NCBI GenBank assembly: GCA_965204535.1 | Contig: CBDBEV010000001.1 | Span: 1,600,001-1,664,000 of the forward strand | Reading direction: 5' to 3' | Length of the DNA: 64,000 nt | Source of the DNA: a bacterium | GTDB lineage: Bacteria > UBA8248 | Shown here: one piece after another, positions 1 through 9,697 of the stretch | Numbering within the stretch: the first letter of the stretch is position 1 | Layout of the letters: each line of letters opens with the position of its first letter | Position numbers and translations under genes: made by a program | Notes under the pieces: generated by a model | The model's database searches: none | Told to the model about the DNA's origin: nothing | Seen by the model: only the letters and a program-made list of their open reading frames with translations

Positions 1-1011
1 GTTTTGGAAAGCACCGCCAAAGAAGGAAACTGGGGTGAGACCATCGAAACGGATGTGGACTTGGAAGGTCCTGGCTGGAAGTTCGGTCGAGGCCTTGCTG
101 TCAGTTTTTGGCGCGGAAGTGGCGGAGCTTCCGCGTGCACGGCGCGCCTAAACGCGGACGGCAGCGTTCAACTCCTCAGCGGCGCCGTAAACCTTACGGG
201 CGCAACAACCTCGATGTGCCAGATTGCCGCGGAAATGATGGATATCGGCTTTGAGCAAGTATCTTTTGACAGCGGCGATACCGACACCGCCCCCGAGTCT
301 ATCCACGCGGCGGGCAGCATGCTCACCCGCTCGATGGGCGCCGCCGTTATCATAGCCGTAGACGATCTGAAGGAAAAAATTCGAGTTGTTGCCGCCGAAA
401 AACTCGAAGCCGCCCCGGACGATCTGAAAATCGAAGGAGGGCGTGTTTTTTCGCAATCCACCCCGGAGCGTTCCATGTCATTAAGTGAAGTAGCAAAAGC
501 GGCGCCAGGGATTGCAGGCTATATTATGGGCCAAGGGGAAACACAGGCACCGGCTTTTTGCCCCATCTACGCGGCGCAAATCGCGGAGGTGGCCGTAAAT
601 CCGTATTCGGGTGAGGTGAAAGTTTTGAGGCTGGTTTGTTCCCAAGACGTGGGCTTCGCCATGAACCCGACTTCCGTCGTCGGCCAAATGGAAGGCGGGA
701 TGCTTCAGGGAATCGGTTTGGCGCTTATGGAAGAACAGCCTCGAGACGACGCCGGTCATATCTACGGAGGAACCCTCCACGAATATCTTTTGCCCACCAG
801 TCTGGACGTCCCCGAGCTGAAAACCGTAATGGTTGAGAACAAGCCGGATGACACGCCTTTTGGCATGAGAGGCGTCGGCGAACCACCCATACTCGCCGCC
901 CCCGCGGCTATCATGAACGCCATCGCCGATGCGGTGGGCGCCCGATTTTTCGAGATGCCGGTTGGGCCGCATCACATACGCGGAGCGATCGGAAAACAAA
1001 GCGGAACATAG
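1..1011 (+). CDS. Xanthine dehydrogenase/CoxL-family molybdopterin-binding subunit, 5'-truncated by window edge
   Basis: C-terminal MoCo-binding motifs QIAAE, GSMLT, DVGFAMNP..GQMEGG..QGIG, EYLLPT, GMRGVGEPP..APAAIMNAIADA. Confidence 0.9.
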   Translation, partial: VLESTAKEGNWGETIETDVDLEGPGWKFGRGLAVSFWRGSGGASACTARLNADGSVQLLSGAVNLTGATTSMCQIAAEMMDIGFEQVSFDSGDTDTAPESIHAAGSMLTRSMGAAVIIAVDDLKEKIRVVAAEKLEAAPDDLKIEGGRVFSQSTPERSMSLSEVAKAAPGIAGYIMGQGETQAPAFCPIYAAQIAEVAVNPYSGEVKVLRLVCSQDVGFAMNPTSVVGQMEGGMLQGIGLALMEEQPRDDAGHIYGGTLHEYLLPTSLDVPELKTVMVENKPDDTPFGMRGVGEPPILAAPAAIMNAIADAVGARFFEMPVGPHHIRGAIGKQSGT

Positions 1012-1111
1012 AACACAGGGTATTTCTTGAATACTTAACAGGGATGGGGGTCTTTGGTTACTCAGACATTTTTCCTGTCTGTGAATTTGAAATCTTCGAT
1101 TGTTCCGACGT

Positions 1112-2035
1112 TCAATTTGAAGAAGTCTGAGGAACTTCGGTCTGAATGGCACGTAGAAGATGACCATCCAGATACCACTTCATTGCTTTTATATTGAATT
1201 CATCATTTAGAACCGTTATGGCACCACACCGCAGCCATTCGTTTCTCATGGTGCGCCAAGTCCAGATAAGCACACCTCGGCAACCGTTGAGCCAAACAGG
1301 GCTGAATGTCAGTTTTTCTCCCATCTGGCCGAGAAGCTCCACACAGGCCATTGCAACAAAATCGTCACCCGTTCTTCTCTCGTCTCGGACGACAAGCTCT
1401 ACACCCGGTGACATGAGTCCTTGCAACAATACCTTGTCGCGAAAGCCAAGCGCTTCTACGAATCGCTCGAATACTCTCGCTAGTTTTGCATGATCATCGA
1501 TGGTTGCGCAGAAAAGATTCTTTCCCCAGTGCTTTTGAATTTGCGCACGTTTGTTATCTGCATTGTCGGCAATTTTGAAAACTTCCTGAATCTTTACTCC
1601 CATTGCGGACGCCGCAATCCGGTCACCATCCTCGACCCCGTCCCTGAGCACGGCAACAGCGCGCTGCTCGGGCGTCATGTATTGGAGGGGGAACAAAAAC
1701 TCGAGCGCAACGCTTGGCCATACAGCACCCGCCTCAATCGATTTGGTTGCGCCGTTCGCGCTTGAACCCGCCGTTTGTATCAAATCAGGGAAGTCAAACT
1801 CATTTAACTCCAGTGGTTTCTTCTCTCGCAACCGAGAAAGTGCCGCTTCCGTACACGCCGTATACAACCACTCGGGATGATCTTCGATATTATTGAGGGC
1901 CGGACCCATCTCAATCGCTCGCAACATGGCATCTTGGACGATATCATCCGCATCCAAAATGCTACCTGTGAGTCGATAGGCATGTTGGCGCATCAACCCC
2001 CAGTATTCTTGAGTGTATTTTTCAAGATCAATCAT
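1112..2035 (-). CDS. ECF sigma factor with C-terminal SnoaL-like extension (ECF41/ECF56-like)
   Basis: Region 2 AYRLTGSILDADDIVQDAMLRA; region 4 QYMTPEQRAVAVLRD; C-terminal FERFVEAL...WLNGCRG. Confidence 0.75.
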   Translation of the reverse strand: MIDLEKYTQEYWGLMRQHAYRLTGSILDADDIVQDAMLRAIEMGPALNNIEDHPEWLYTACTEAALSRLREKKPLELNEFDFPDLIQTAGSSANGATKSIEAGAVWPSVALEFLFPLQYMTPEQRAVAVLRDGVEDGDRIAASAMGVKIQEVFKIADNADNKRAQIQKHWGKNLFCATIDDHAKLARVFERFVEALGFRDKVLLQGLMSPGVELVVRDERRTGDDFVAMACVELLGQMGEKLTFSPVWLNGCRGVLIWTWRTMRNEWLRCGAITVLNDEFNIKAMKWYLDGHLLRAIQTEVPQTSSN

Positions 2036-2044
2036 TATCGCAAC

Positions 2045-2722
2045 TCAGGCATTCGCATACATCTCGCGCAAATCCGAAGCCACCCTCAAAGGCGCCTCGG
2101 TTTTATCCCGTACTTCACTTTCGTTCACGCCAGGAGCGAGTTCACGCAACAAGAGCCCGTCTGTCTCCACTGTGATGAACGCGAGATCAGTAATGATGAC
2201 ATCTACCACGCCTTTGCCGGTTAAAGGGAGAGAACATGCCTTTACAATCTTCGGCGCACCTCGTTTTGAAACATGCTCCATAGTGAGGATAACTTTTCGG
2301 GCGCCCACGACGAGATCCATCGCACCTCCCATGCCGGATATCATTTTGCCAGGGATTGCCCAATTCGCCAGGTCACCATTCCCGGCGACTTCCATTGCAC
2401 CCAGTATGGTGACGTCTATATGCCCGCCTCTGACCATAGAAAATGAAGTGGCGCTATCAAAATACGAACCTCCCGGCATAATCGTCACGGTTTCTTTGCT
2501 GGCATTCAGCAGGTCGGGGTCTTCATCTCCTTCGTATGGAAATGGTCCTACCCCCAACACACCGTTCTCCGAATGTATGGTGACGCCATATTCCTCGGGT
2601 ATGTAATTGCTCACCAGGGTAGGTATACCTAGCCCGAGATTGACATACCCCCCCCGAGGCACTTCCATGGCTGCCCGCTTCGCAATTTCGTGTCTGCTCA
2701 AAGGCAAATCATCTCCCCCCAA
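2045..2722 (-). CDS. scoB: 3-oxoacid CoA-transferase subunit B
   Basis: [10 protein letters not shown], catalytic [13 protein letters not shown]; TTG start overlaps the end of subunit A. Confidence 0.9.
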   Translation of the reverse strand: MGGDDLPLSRHEIAKRAAMEVPRGGYVNLGLGIPTLVSNYIPEEYGVTIHSENGVLGVGPFPYEGDEDPDLLNASKETVTIMPGGSYFDSATSFSMVRGGHIDVTILGAMEVAGNGDLANWAIPGKMISGMGGAMDLVVGARKVILTMEHVSKRGAPKIVKACSLPLTGKGVVDVIITDLAFITVETDGLLLRELAPGVNESEVRDKTEAPLRVASDLREMYANA

Positions 2723-3428
2723 GGCCTTCCCGGGGCCGATTCGTCATGATCTCGATAGGTTTCTCTATATCTTCACCTAAAACTACGCGCTTCACAAAAA
2801 TCCCGGGCGTATGCACATTTTCTGGGGCAATTTCACCGACGGGAGCAATCTCTTCTACTTCGGCGATAGTCACCTCGGCGGCAGTGGCCATGACGGGATT
2901 AAAATTCTGCGCGCTCATCCTGTATATCAGATTCCCACGCTCGTCTCCCTTCCAGGCCTTGATGAAAGCATAATCCGCTCGAATGGGCTCTTCAAAAATG
3001 TGTTCTTCCCCCTCGATGATTCTCGTCTCTTTTCCTTCAGCTACTACGGTGCCTGCTCCCGTGGGCGTAAAGAACCCACCGATGCCGGCCCCGCCCGCTC
3101 GAATGCGCTCCGTGAATGTTCCTTGAGGCGAGAGCTCGACTTCGATTTCCCCTCTCAAGGCTTGTTCTTCATAAGCCTTACAAGCCGGACCCACACGGCT
3201 TGCGATAATGGAGCGGATCTGTCGATTTTGAAACATCAAGCCCACACCCCAACCGTCTATTCCGCCTGCATTCGACACCAGATGGAAATCACCGACATCT
3301 TTTCGGTTGCTAAGCGCTTTACATAAATTATGCGCCATTCCGCATATGCCAAACCCACCGATAAGTATCGATGCGCCATCGGGAATATCCGAAACAGCCT
3401 CCATGGAACTCGGTATGATTTTAGACAA
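2709..3428 (-). CDS. scoA: 3-oxoacid CoA-transferase subunit A
   Basis: [47 protein letters not shown]. Confidence 0.9.
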   Translation of the reverse strand: MSKIIPSSMEAVSDIPDGASILIGGFGICGMAHNLCKALSNRKDVGDFHLVSNAGGIDGWGVGLMFQNRQIRSIIASRVGPACKAYEEQALRGEIEVELSPQGTFTERIRAGGAGIGGFFTPTGAGTVVAEGKETRIIEGEEHIFEEPIRADYAFIKAWKGDERGNLIYRMSAQNFNPVMATAAEVTIAEVEEIAPVGEIAPENVHTPGIFVKRVVLGEDIEKPIEIMTNRPREGLGGR

Positions 3429-3510
3429 ATGGACTCCCTCAATGGCAAAATTTTCTTATTCCTGCTCACAACACTCCCGTGTTTGCATTCTGATCACCAA
3501 GGTGATCGGG

Positions 3511-5721
3511 TTAGTTTTCCATCACCCGGCCCACCAATGCTTTCACTGGCGAATATTGTTTGTACACAATAACTGTTTTGTCCGTGTGTTTCGCAACGTT
3601 TTCAGGGATAGAACCAAATAGAATCTGTTTATAGAAACTCTCGCCGGCGGCACCCATTGCAATGGCGTCATATTCTTCTGCTGCCTGGATAATGCCTACG
3701 GAAACGGATTTATGCGTGATGATTCGGCTCTCCACATGAACACTACTCTCATCGTTGATCCTGCCTACCGCCTCGCTCAAAGCTTGTTCGACAGAGTGTT
3801 TGTGAGCTCCTTCTGACTCTGGAGAAATAATAGTCGATACAACGAGCCTGGCATTGTAAGCGCTGGCAATAGGAGCCGTATATCGTTCTGCCAGGCGCGC
3901 ATGTATTCCTCCGGTTGTTGGTAAAAAGATATTCTTGAATTTCATCTCACTTACAAGTTTCACCAGCATAATGTCCGCCCGTGCAAGTTTTACGACATCA
4001 TCCACAATTTCACCTAAAATTCGATTGGCGGTAGAAGTATAGCCTTTCCAGCCAAGCACGATCAGATCGCAATGACGTTCTCTTGCCGTCTCCAGAATAG
4101 CGCGCGCCGGGTTGCGTCCGATCCTCACCAGGGAACTGATTTTGACACCCTTTGAATTGGCGTGAATATGAGCCCGCTCCAAAATTCGTCTTTCTCGCTC
4201 AACGTACGAAGTCTCGCGACTCGTCGGCGCCTGCTCCGGCAAAGATACAACCCGCATGACAATGATTTCACCGTCATTTTCTTTGGCAATCGCCGAGGCC
4301 AGATCAATCAGAGGAATCACATTTGTCGGGTTTGCGATGGGAACCAACACGCGAAAATCACTCTCTTGACCTTCCGCGCTAACTTGCGCTACGCGGGATG
4401 GTTCACCTGGCAAGAATTCCTCTTCCACCTGAGAACCTTTCCAGGCCAGAAAACCGAGCATCCCCACAATCAGCCAAAGGACCGCCATGATAACTGGCTC
4501 AGGATGCCGCAGTATCAATGAAAGCAAATATATATTTGCGGCAATCCCTATCAGTGGCAACAGCGGCACGAAGGGAACACGGAAAGTCCTGCTGAGGTTT
4601 GGAAATTTCTTTCGATGATAGATGAGCGCTGCATTCACTAATATCAGCGCCAGCAAAAGAATGGTGTCCGCAAAATGCGCCAGCTTCTCCAGGTGAAAAC
4701 TTTGCGCAAAGACAACAATTGTTCCTCCCACCAGAATAAGCGCAATAATGGGAGTGCGTGTCTGTGAGTTGATCGCGGAAATTCCGGAGGGCAAGTGTCC
4801 CAGTTGCGCCATGGACAAAACGACTCGCGACCCCGCCAAAATCGATGCGTTGGATGCAGAAATCATCGAGAAAAGCGCACCTACGACAATCACCATACCG
4901 CCGATGGGTCCCAGGAAAAGACGCGCCGCATTACCCATCGCCGCTTCCGTATATTCCGTAAGGTTGGCGGCAATGATCACAAAGACCACCATTGTATATA
5001 GAATCGTCACGATCATCATGGAAAGAAATATCGCACGAGGAATTGTCTTGGTGGGATTCGAGATTTCTCCAGCTGACGCGGCAATTGCCGAAAAACCAAA
5101 AAAAGTAATAAAAACCAAACCGGCAGTCGCGCCAATCCTTGGTATGTCCATGCTCATTCTTTCGACAAGGGCTTTTGTGTCCACATTTCCCAGCCCGCCA
5201 AATACAAACCAAACCAGAAGGATGACCTTTCCGGCCGTAATGAGGATTTGAAACCGCGCCGATTCCTTTGTTCCCTTGATGTTAAGCAATACGAGACAGA
5301 TTAGTCCTATGATTCCCGATATTTGCTCATAAGGAGAATGCCAGACGAATTCATTAAAATAGGAAGACAGGCTGCTGATGTAGAAAGCGCATGAAGAAGT
5401 GTAGCCAAGCACCAATGTCCACCCGACAAGATAAGCGAGTGGCGGTGGGAATGTTCTTCTCGCATAGAGATACCCTTCTCCGGATTCCGGATAAAGGGAT
5501 GAAAATTCGCAATAGGTGAGCGCAGTGAACCCGGCGACAAGCGCGGCCAAAAGAAAGGCGATGACGGCTGATGAGCCGACATCCCTTACAGCCAGGCCGG
5601 ATAAAGTAAAAATACCTGCCGCTATCATTGTACCGACGCCAATCGAAAGTGCGGACGCGAGCCCCAAATCTCGACTGAGTTCGGTCTCAATATGAAGATT
5701 GCTGCCGTTTCGTTTGTTCAT
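3511..5721 (-). CDS. APC-family amino acid permease fused to two universal stress protein domains
   Basis: GTMIAAGIF, FFGFSAIA..GEISNP, multiple TM helices; C-terminal RVLVPIANP, DLIVLGWKG, LFGSIPENVA; ATG at 5721 overlaps upstream stop (ATGA). Confidence 0.85.
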   Translation of the reverse strand: MNKRNGSNLHIETELSRDLGLASALSIGVGTMIAAGIFTLSGLAVRDVGSSAVIAFLLAALVAGFTALTYCEFSSLYPESGEGYLYARRTFPPPLAYLVGWTLVLGYTSSCAFYISSLSSYFNEFVWHSPYEQISGIIGLICLVLLNIKGTKESARFQILITAGKVILLVWFVFGGLGNVDTKALVERMSMDIPRIGATAGLVFITFFGFSAIAASAGEISNPTKTIPRAIFLSMMIVTILYTMVVFVIIAANLTEYTEAAMGNAARLFLGPIGGMVIVVGALFSMISASNASILAGSRVVLSMAQLGHLPSGISAINSQTRTPIIALILVGGTIVVFAQSFHLEKLAHFADTILLLALILVNAALIYHRKKFPNLSRTFRVPFVPLLPLIGIAANIYLLSLILRHPEPVIMAVLWLIVGMLGFLAWKGSQVEEEFLPGEPSRVAQVSAEGQESDFRVLVPIANPTNVIPLIDLASAIAKENDGEIIVMRVVSLPEQAPTSRETSYVERERRILERAHIHANSKGVKISSLVRIGRNPARAILETARERHCDLIVLGWKGYTSTANRILGEIVDDVVKLARADIMLVKLVSEMKFKNIFLPTTGGIHARLAERYTAPIASAYNARLVVSTIISPESEGAHKHSVEQALSEAVGRINDESSVHVESRIITHKSVSVGIIQAAEEYDAIAMGAAGESFYKQILFGSIPENVAKHTDKTVIVYKQYSPVKALVGRVMEN

Positions 5722-6581
5722 TTCAAATCTGCCAAAAACGCCTTGAGTTCTCGCTGCACGATGGTCGGCTCGGAAACGCTCGGAAAATGACCGGCTCTCG
5801 CACATACGACCACTCTTGATTTCGTGGGTAGTACATTCATCAATAATTTCTCTGATTTCTCGCTAAATCGCTTGCTTTCCCCTCCACGAAATACCAGAGA
5901 AGGGCATTTTGTTCTCTTCGCCCAGAAAACGGGGTCGTAATCGCTCGCGGAAGAGGCTTGAAATTCCCGCAATCTCAAGATTCTGCTTTTCTCAAAAGGA
6001 ACCCTCCAGGCGCCGTTTGCGCCATCGCGCACCAATACATCGCTCAAGAATCGCCTCGTCCTGGCGGGTGGCCAGTTTCCCTCCTCGCTCTGTGTTATGA
6101 ATTTCTGGGCCTGCGCGATGTCCTCGAACTCCATCGGGCGACTTCGTGAGGCCTCCAGGTTCGCATTGGCGCCCGAAACATCACGCACTGTCGGGTCCAT
6201 CAACACGGTCGCGGCGACGCGATCCGGGCGTTCCGCAGCGACGGCCAGAGCGATTGAAGCGGCGAAGGAATGCCCCATCACCACAAAGCGGTCCAGCAAA
6301 AGCGCGTCGGCCAAGCCGATTACGTCTCTTGCGAAATCCGTTGCGGCATCACCCGCACCCGGGTCATCCGTTCGCCCGAATCCTCTTTGATCAGGACTAA
6401 TAATACGTATCGAGCCCGCGCCTTCCGCCATGGCATTCCACATACCGCTCTGAATCAGCGAACCATGCAATGCGATAACAGGCAAAAGCAAATTTTTCTT
6501 CGCCGGTCTCCAGTCCCGGAAAAACATTTGGAAATTCGAGACCGCCTCAAAACCGGCATACCAACCACCCTTGCTGCGCAT
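5718..6581 (-). CDS. Alpha/beta fold hydrolase
   Basis: LHGS, PDQRGFGRT, GHSFAA nucleophile elbow, AGHF. Confidence 0.85.
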   Translation of the reverse strand: MRSKGGWYAGFEAVSNFQMFFRDWRPAKKNLLLPVIALHGSLIQSGMWNAMAEGAGSIRIISPDQRGFGRTDDPGAGDAATDFARDVIGLADALLLDRFVVMGHSFAASIALAVAAERPDRVAATVLMDPTVRDVSGANANLEASRSRPMEFEDIAQAQKFITQSEEGNWPPARTRRFLSDVLVRDGANGAWRVPFEKSRILRLREFQASSASDYDPVFWAKRTKCPSLVFRGGESKRFSEKSEKLLMNVLPTKSRVVVCARAGHFPSVSEPTIVQRELKAFLADLK

Positions 6582-6799
6582 ATGAACCTCTTGGGATGAG
6601 AACGTGAAATGATGCAGGGAATTTTCTCAAACCGGGAAATCGATAACTCACTCTCCTGTTGAAGGATTGGCCGATAAACGACAATCCGCCCATTCTGCAA
6701 ACCACCGGACTTCAGGCCTCATCAAGGATGAGCGAAAAAGCCTCGCTCCCCGATATTCCATCTTATTCTATGGCTTTTTGGTCGTAGAGCGGAAATCGC

Positions 6800-7384
6800 T
6801 CAGGAAGAATCACCCGTGTAGGAAATCGAGACGCGGCGCGCGCAGAAGCGATTTTTCTCACCGCCGATGGGCTCGAAGAAATGGCACGCTTCCAAGTCGC
6901 GCGGATACACATGAATGGAAACCGCCACATCGTCACGCCGATTGCGTACCGTATGGATGTCCGCGCAGCCGCAAACCGAGTCCTGCGCTCCGGCTGAAGG
7001 ATTGTGGGGCGCATCGTTTCGCAACTCGACCTCACCTTCGGCGATTTCCCCATCCGCAAAATAATTAACGACTTCCAGGCCGCCCTCCACCATGCCGAGC
7101 ATTCCCCAGGCGCCGTCATGATCGTGAATCGGGGTGCCCTGCCCGGGCTTCCACACCATGGCCGCCACGACGAAGCGCTCCTCGGGGTCGCTATACAGCA
7201 GGTGCCGCGCATATCCTTCATCGGAGGGCTCGAGCGCCTCGGGCGGAAGGAAAGAATCCTCGCCCAGCAGGCGTTTGAGAGCGGGTTCGGCGGCGCGGAT
7301 GAATCCCCGGCCGCGTGCGCCTTTATCGTAGATGCCGGCCAGCTCTTCTGCGAGGCGGGTGATGGGGGTTGCGACTGCGTCCAT
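6800..7384 (-). CDS. Cysteine dioxygenase-like cupin (thiol dioxygenase family)
   Basis: YARHLLY, WKPGQGTPIHDHDGAWG, DIHTVRN, SIHVYP; GGAGG RBS upstream. Confidence 0.8.
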   Translation of the reverse strand: MDAVATPITRLAEELAGIYDKGARGRGFIRAAEPALKRLLGEDSFLPPEALEPSDEGYARHLLYSDPEERFVVAAMVWKPGQGTPIHDHDGAWGMLGMVEGGLEVVNYFADGEIAEGEVELRNDAPHNPSAGAQDSVCGCADIHTVRNRRDDVAVSIHVYPRDLEACHFFEPIGGEKNRFCARRVSISYTGDSS

Positions 7385-7423
7385 GGCGGCCTCCTGATCG
7401 ATAGAATCGGGATAACGCCTTCA

Positions 7424-7438
7424 TTATCAATACGATAA
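7424..7438. promoter_or_regulatory. Candidate LysR-type operator (TTATC-N5-GATAA) in AT-rich promoter region of the thiol dioxygenase
   Basis: Perfect dyad containing T-N11-A, 40 bp upstream of the start, at the edge of an AT-rich tract (about 7420-7535). Confidence 0.35.
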
Positions 7439-7563
7439 ATTGCCAGTTTTTTACCGAAAAACCCCGTGAATTTACCGGAATTTATCGATATTTTCAGAAA
7501 TTACAATTTTCATTATATCAATAATTTCCACTATTCGCGCCGCTCGTCCGACGCCCCAGAAAC

Positions 7564-8364
7564 TCACCAGGGATGGTCCCGCTCAACCAGCGTTCCCGGC
7601 TCCTCGGCGCTCTCCAGCAACCCGATCATATCATACAGCACGGTGCGCTGCTGTTCAAGATTTCCCGCCCGTCCGAAGGGATGGCCCAGCGGCCAGGGCA
7701 CGAACACCGCCCGCGGCGGGCAAAGCCCGGCCGTTATCTCCTTCACGATGCTCACCGAGACGGTGGCGAGCCCCTCCCGTTCCACAGCGTTCTGAATCAG
7801 CCCGACCGAGCGGTTGCAAAGCCCTCAGGCGGGCGCCAGCAGCGCGACCTCCGCCCCCGCCTCGCGCAGCCGCCGCGCCGCGGCCGGCGCCGTCTCCTCC
7901 ACGAGCCGCTCGACGAGTTCCGCGTCGATGTGGCCCATGAAGCTCAAGTGAACCGGCGAGACCCCGCCTATCACACCCTCCTCGGCCAATTCCTTAAGCC
8001 GCTCGTGCGGGAAGACGACGTTCAAATCCACATCCGCCCCCCGGTGGTCGTAATAATCGTGCGTTATCGTCATCTCATCGCGCGCGGCGCCGCCCGGAAT
8101 CTCGCGGAACGTCGGGTCGCCGTCGGGGTTTTCCATGTCGAAGGGGACTTGCGTCTTGAGATGCACCCCGCCCGTCGTCACCAGCGCGAAGCTGCACTCG
8201 CGGGCGGGCTTCACGAGCGGCGTCCAGGGCGTGAACCCAGGCCCCGCGCGCCAGCCGGCCATCTCGGCGGAGAAATCCTTGGCCCCCGCCCATTTTTTCA
8301 CCAGGCCCGGATAGCGCGTAAGCAGACGCGCCACCATCCTGTCCTTCCACCTGCGCAAGCTCAT
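7564..8364 (-). CDS. GrdB/PrdB-family selenoprotein, 266 aa, Sec at UGA 7825-7827
   Basis: ORFs 7825..8364 and 7564..7785 are in frame and joined by one TGA: VALLAPA-U-GLCNRSVGLIQNAVEREGLATVS; UxxC motif; ALVTTGGVH, DLNVVFP, PPRAVFVPWPLGHPFG. Confidence 0.88.
7798..7824 (-). promoter_or_regulatory. Putative bacterial SECIS element
   Basis: mRNA after UGA: GGGCUUUGCAACC-GCUC-GGUC-GGGC-UG; short stem with G-containing apical loop starting 17 nt after the UGA. Confidence 0.55.
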
Positions 8365-8563
8365 CGGGGTGTCCTGTTCGTTGGGGGAGATTGTATCGGC
8401 AGCGGTTATCCCATGAACCAGCGCAGAACTCTATCGCAACGAAGCATCGCATGCACCCGGGGAGGCCGACTATCTCGCCGTGGTGGCGGGGAGGGCGGAG
8501 ATGTCGCGGCGTCTCATTCCTTTTCCGATGCGACGGGCGTCGCGATCTTTCACAATGGTGACT

Positions 8564-8589
8564 GTAGGGGCGGACCCGTGTGTCCGCCC
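8564..8589 (+). repeat. GTAG-type REP palindrome
   Basis: GTAG-GGGCGGAC-ccgtgt-GTCCGCCC; a second palindrome ACAGGTCGCGACCTGT follows at about 8626-8641. Confidence 0.7.
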
Positions 8590-8947
8590 GCGCGTTTCGT
8601 TTTTGCCCATCATGCCAAGGCAGGCACAGGTCGCGACCTGTCCGAGCGAAGGCCGATGCGGCGGGGTATCGGCGAGAGATGAGGAGGGTTTGCGAAATTC
8701 TCCTTTCGTTTTCCGCCGTTACTCCCGCTAGAATAAAAAAGAGATGAAAGACCGGAACGGTTCCATTCGCATCGGTTCTGGATTCCGGCATGCGCCGGAA
8801 TGACGGTCAAAGGCAAAAGCACTCCCCCTTGAGGGTAGAACCCGACTGAGGAAGGAGAGTTTGCCGACCGATGATGGAACGGTTACGCTTCCCCGAGGAA
8901 GTGCCGCCACAACCACAATTCCTCGCTCCTCGCTCGAAATTGACCCC

Positions 8948-9412
8948 TCACTCCCCCATACGCATTCTGCTTCTCACTCTGGCGTCGATGGAGAGGGGGC
9001 CGCCTCCCATCAAGAGGATGGCGGTCGTAGCGAGGAGGAGGAAGAGCGAGTATTCATAACCGCCGGCGACGGCGGCGCCGGTCTGGGGGTTCGTGACGAT
9101 GCCGTGCATGAAAAAGCCCTGGTCAAAATGCACGAACGCGGCGGCGCCCGCCATGATGGGAACGTTCATCAAGGCGCCCAGGCGGGCGTAGAGCCCGATG
9201 ATCAGGAGCACCCCGCCGACCAGATGGCCCAGCACGACGGCCCACGCACTGATAGTGGGCAGAGGGATGCCCATCGAGACGTTCAGCGCGGCGAGGCGCT
9301 CCACGCCGATTATCAGCCAGCCGTAATAGCCGTGCAGAACGTAATAAGCGCCCAATGAGACGCGAAGCAGGGCGATTCCGTATGTCTGATACGGCCTCAA
9401 CCTCGGATTCAT
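8948..9412 (-). CDS. DoxX family membrane protein
   Basis: ALLRVSLG..HG, LLIIGLYAR, GGYEYSL, GGGPLSID. Confidence 0.85.
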   Translation of the reverse strand: MNPRLRPYQTYGIALLRVSLGAYYVLHGYYGWLIIGVERLAALNVSMGIPLPTISAWAVVLGHLVGGVLLIIGLYARLGALMNVPIMAGAAAFVHFDQGFFMHGIVTNPQTGAAVAGGYEYSLFLLLATTAILLMGGGPLSIDARVRSRMRMGE

Positions 9413-9697
9413 CGATTCTTCCCCAATGAAAGCAAGGACTTATTTTCTCGCAATTGCGCAAATCGCGCCACCCCTCCCGAAAGGGGGTGTTGAAAATGCC
9501 TGCGTGGAGCGATTTTGGTTGAGCGCACGCTCTTGAAGTTCACTCCCCCCTTGAGGGGGAGTCGAGGAAGCCGAGCGGTTTGTGCGAAGGCTGACTCGGT
9601 GGGGGGTAAAATGCGTTTTATCGCCATTCCGAATTATACCCCCCACCGAATCGCTTTCGGGCTTACGCCCTCAGCTCTTCGACTCCCCCTCAAGGGG

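Noticed and set aside
8370-8730. Possible tRNA-Sec or other ncRNA upstream of the selenoprotein
   Set aside because: No cloverleaf, UCA anticodon arm or T-loop was found; the region is partly explained by REP palindromes
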